From contig JAZDQA010000013.1 of the NCBI GenBank assembly GCA_043797085.1, forward strand, positions 192,001-256,000: a stretch of 64,000 nt of DNA. Reading direction: 5' to 3'. Source of the DNA: Pseudomonadota bacterium (GTDB lineage: Bacteria; Campylobacterota; Campylobacteria; Campylobacterales; Sulfurimonadaceae). The notes beneath the pieces are model-generated. The model saw only the letters and a program-made list of their open reading frames with translations, searched no databases and was not told the DNA's origin. Positions 61,976 through 64,000 of this stretch are shown piece after piece; position 1 is the stretch's first letter; each line of letters begins with the position of its first letter. The translations under genes were made by a program, and so were the position numbers.

Positions 61976-63516
61976 TTACGCAAGCCTAAGAAATAAATCA
62001 TGGCATACAGACCATCATAAAAAGCAATCAACAATGCCAACTCATCCAAAATTCCTGCCATATACAAAGCGGCGAACGTCGAAGAGATGAGGAATCGGAT
62101 GATGGCACTGAGGCTTGCGAGACGATCTTCATCCCCATGCAATCCAAACCAGTGAATCATCCCCGTCCCCATGACAAAGGCAAACACGATATACTCATAC
62201 GTTGCGGTAAACGTAAACCCAAGCAAGCCAAAAAGCCAGCCCCCTGCGATCACAAGAATCAGCCCGCCAAAAGCGTCCCCTAAAAATCCCATCAAATGAT
62301 AAATTTTTAACGGAGTATTGATAGGGATAATCAATCGGTCATAGAGTATTTTTGCGACTAAAACAACAATCATGACCCCGAAAATAGCCCTCATCATCAA
62401 AAATGGCTCAATACTTCCGCCAATCAATCCCGCTTCTATAAGACCGGCGAGAGAAAGAGAGAGTGCCATTAAACTAATTAACAGAGCCCAGAGTGTCGCA
62501 TACAATCGTTTAAACAGCGCCGGTAAAAGATGGTAGGCGATAGAGAGAGCCATAAAAGCAACCCCTAATCCCATGGCGATATGGGCATGTCCCACGACCA
62601 AATCGTTGCGATGTATCAGCGCTCGAAGTTCAGGGATAAAAAGGATATTTCCCTCAATATCGACAAAGATAAACGCCGCAATCGATAGGATGAGATAGGG
62701 ATTTGTTTTAAACTGTACCCCAGCATCCCGAAGCCAAATCCACAGCAGCGGCAGATACAACAACGTCAAATACTGAAAAAACCACTCTTCGTTGTAACTC
62801 AATGGGTGGAAAAAATTACGTATTATCAGTGAAGTGACATATCCCGCCAACGGAATCATCCACAGCCAGTGAAAGCGTGGTGCGAACGCTTTAGGTGCGG
62901 AAAGCTTGATGAGCAAATAATAAATCGGGAGAAGAGCGAAACTCATCCCCAGCGTATTGTCCCCATGAGGGCCTACGAGAGTTTTTTCCACCTGACCGTA
63001 TTGGGGATTCATCAAAACTACCAAAGCGATGGGGGCGGCGATAACCGCTAAAAGCGATACATTCACCCACAGCGGACGTTTTTCATAACGCTTCAGTGCG
63101 TCCAAAAGTGCCAAAAGATAAAACAGCCCGCTAAAGGCGAGGAGAAAGTTCAACTGATAGGGAAAATCGTAAAATGGTAATCCCCGAATATTTCCAAAAA
63201 GAAGCGCCATACTCATAAAGAGTAAAAATACGTTCCAAACGACGAAGTATCGCGCCAAATGTTTCAAACCGTTTTGACTCAAAACACCCTCTTTTTCAAA
63301 CAGCGCAAAAGGCAACAATGAGAGAATAAGCGGGAAAAAACCATACAACATTTGCGAAATATGGAGAGACCTGGCACGCTCAGGGGAAAGCAGGGTCATG
63401 GAAGCATCTAATCCTAACATCTCAACTGCGTACACTAATCCCGTAAAGAGTCCTAAAAAGAGCCAAAACAAAAGAAGAGGGAGATTATCGTTTAAGAATT
63501 TTGACAATTTTTCCAT
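61972..63516 (-). CDS. Divergent heme-copper oxidase subunit I-like (CcoN-like) membrane protein
   Basis: RARSLH matches CcoN RLRPLH; IEGNILFIPELRALIHRNDLVVGHAH matches CcoN [26 protein letters not shown]; start at ATG 63516 after GGAGG. Confidence 0.8.
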   Translation of the reverse strand: MEKLSKFLNDNLPLLLFWLFLGLFTGLVYAVEMLGLDASMTLLSPERARSLHISQMLYGFFPLILSLLPFALFEKEGVLSQNGLKHLARYFVVWNVFLLFMSMALLFGNIRGLPFYDFPYQLNFLLAFSGLFYLLALLDALKRYEKRPLWVNVSLLAVIAAPIALVVLMNPQYGQVEKTLVGPHGDNTLGMSFALLPIYYLLIKLSAPKAFAPRFHWLWMIPLAGYVTSLIIRNFFHPLSYNEEWFFQYLTLLYLPLLWIWLRDAGVQFKTNPYLILSIAAFIFVDIEGNILFIPELRALIHRNDLVVGHAHIAMGLGVAFMALSIAYHLLPALFKRLYATLWALLISLMALSLSLAGLIEAGLIGGSIEPFLMMRAIFGVMIVVLVAKILYDRLIIPINTPLKIYHLMGFLGDAFGGLILVIAGGWLFGLLGFTFTATYEYIVFAFVMGTGMIHWFGLHGDEDRLASLSAIIRFLISSTFAALYMAGILDELALLIAFYDGLYAMIYFLGLRK

Positions 63517-64000
63517 CCTCCATTTCAATGATTGTATCGGCATACTCGGCTATTTTTTTATCATGGGAAGCGACCACAAATCCTGTCCCCTCGTGCGAAA
63601 AACGCTTGAACAATTCATACACACCCAACGCATTTTTCGTATCCAGGTTACCCGTTGGTTCATCGGCAAATACCACGGCGGGGCGATTTACCAAGGCTCG
63701 TGCGATGGCAGCGCGCTGACGCTCACCCCCTGAGACCTCATCACTGTAACGAGCGGCTAAGCGCCCAATCCCCAAACTCTCCATCAGTGGCTCAACGCTG
63801 TCTTCATCCAAAGCAGAAAGGGCAATATTTTCCCGCAAGGTCAAATAGGAGATAAGATAATGAAACTGAAACACAAATCCGATGTTGTGCCGTCTAAACA
63901 CATCAATATTTCCTAGCTCGCTGATGCCTTTTTCATCAAAGGTCACTGCACCGCTTGTGGGATTAAGGAGAGTTGATAGGATTGATAACAAGGTTGTTTT
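63485..64000 (-). CDS. LolD/MacB-type ABC transporter ATP-binding protein (partial, starts beyond the window)
   Basis: Walker A tail KTTLL at the window edge; IGFVFQFHYL, VSGGERQR, ADEPTGNLD. Confidence 0.92.
   Translation of the reverse strand, partial: KTTLLSILSTLLNPTSGAVTFDEKGISELGNIDVFRRHNIGFVFQFHYLISYLTLRENIALSALDEDSVEPLMESLGIGRLAARYSDEVSGGERQRAAIARALVNRPAVVFADEPTGNLDTKNALGVYELFKRFSHEGTGFVVASHDKKIAEYADTIIEMEDGKIVKILKR

Overview
Chromosomal window from a Campylobacterota (epsilonproteobacterial) bacterium. The gene set and protein style suggest a Sulfuricurvum/Sulfurimonas-like chemolithotroph; that assignment is inference. In order: cbb3 oxidase ccoNOQP (ccoP truncated by the window edge); the purA-fliJ-DUF507-carA block with extra genes in it (DUF4136-like, YhcG/DUF1016 nuclease, PAP2/IPC-synthase-like); housekeeping genes (hisZ, uppP, rdgB, moeA/moaE/moaD, mqnA, gltX, accBC, dcd); two stand-alone GAF proteins; asnB; a PglB/PglK/PglF N-glycosylation locus with a non-C. 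jejuni set of glycosyltransferases; a membrane GGDEF-EAL protein with a Cys-rich segment; ilvD; four tRNAs; a type I secretion system bracketed by two giant Ig-repeat adhesins; and at the right edge a coupled operon (ABC ATPase, CcoN-like protein, polytopic membrane protein, YceI). The best candidate for an undescribed system is that last operon. Its CcoN-like protein keeps the three heme-ligand histidines, but the CuB ligand set is altered (His->Asp; His-His->His-Pro). The second candidate is the PglB locus, which probably builds a QuiNAc/FucNAc-initiated, GT2-extended N-glycan. All calls come from motif reading by eye; no database search was run.
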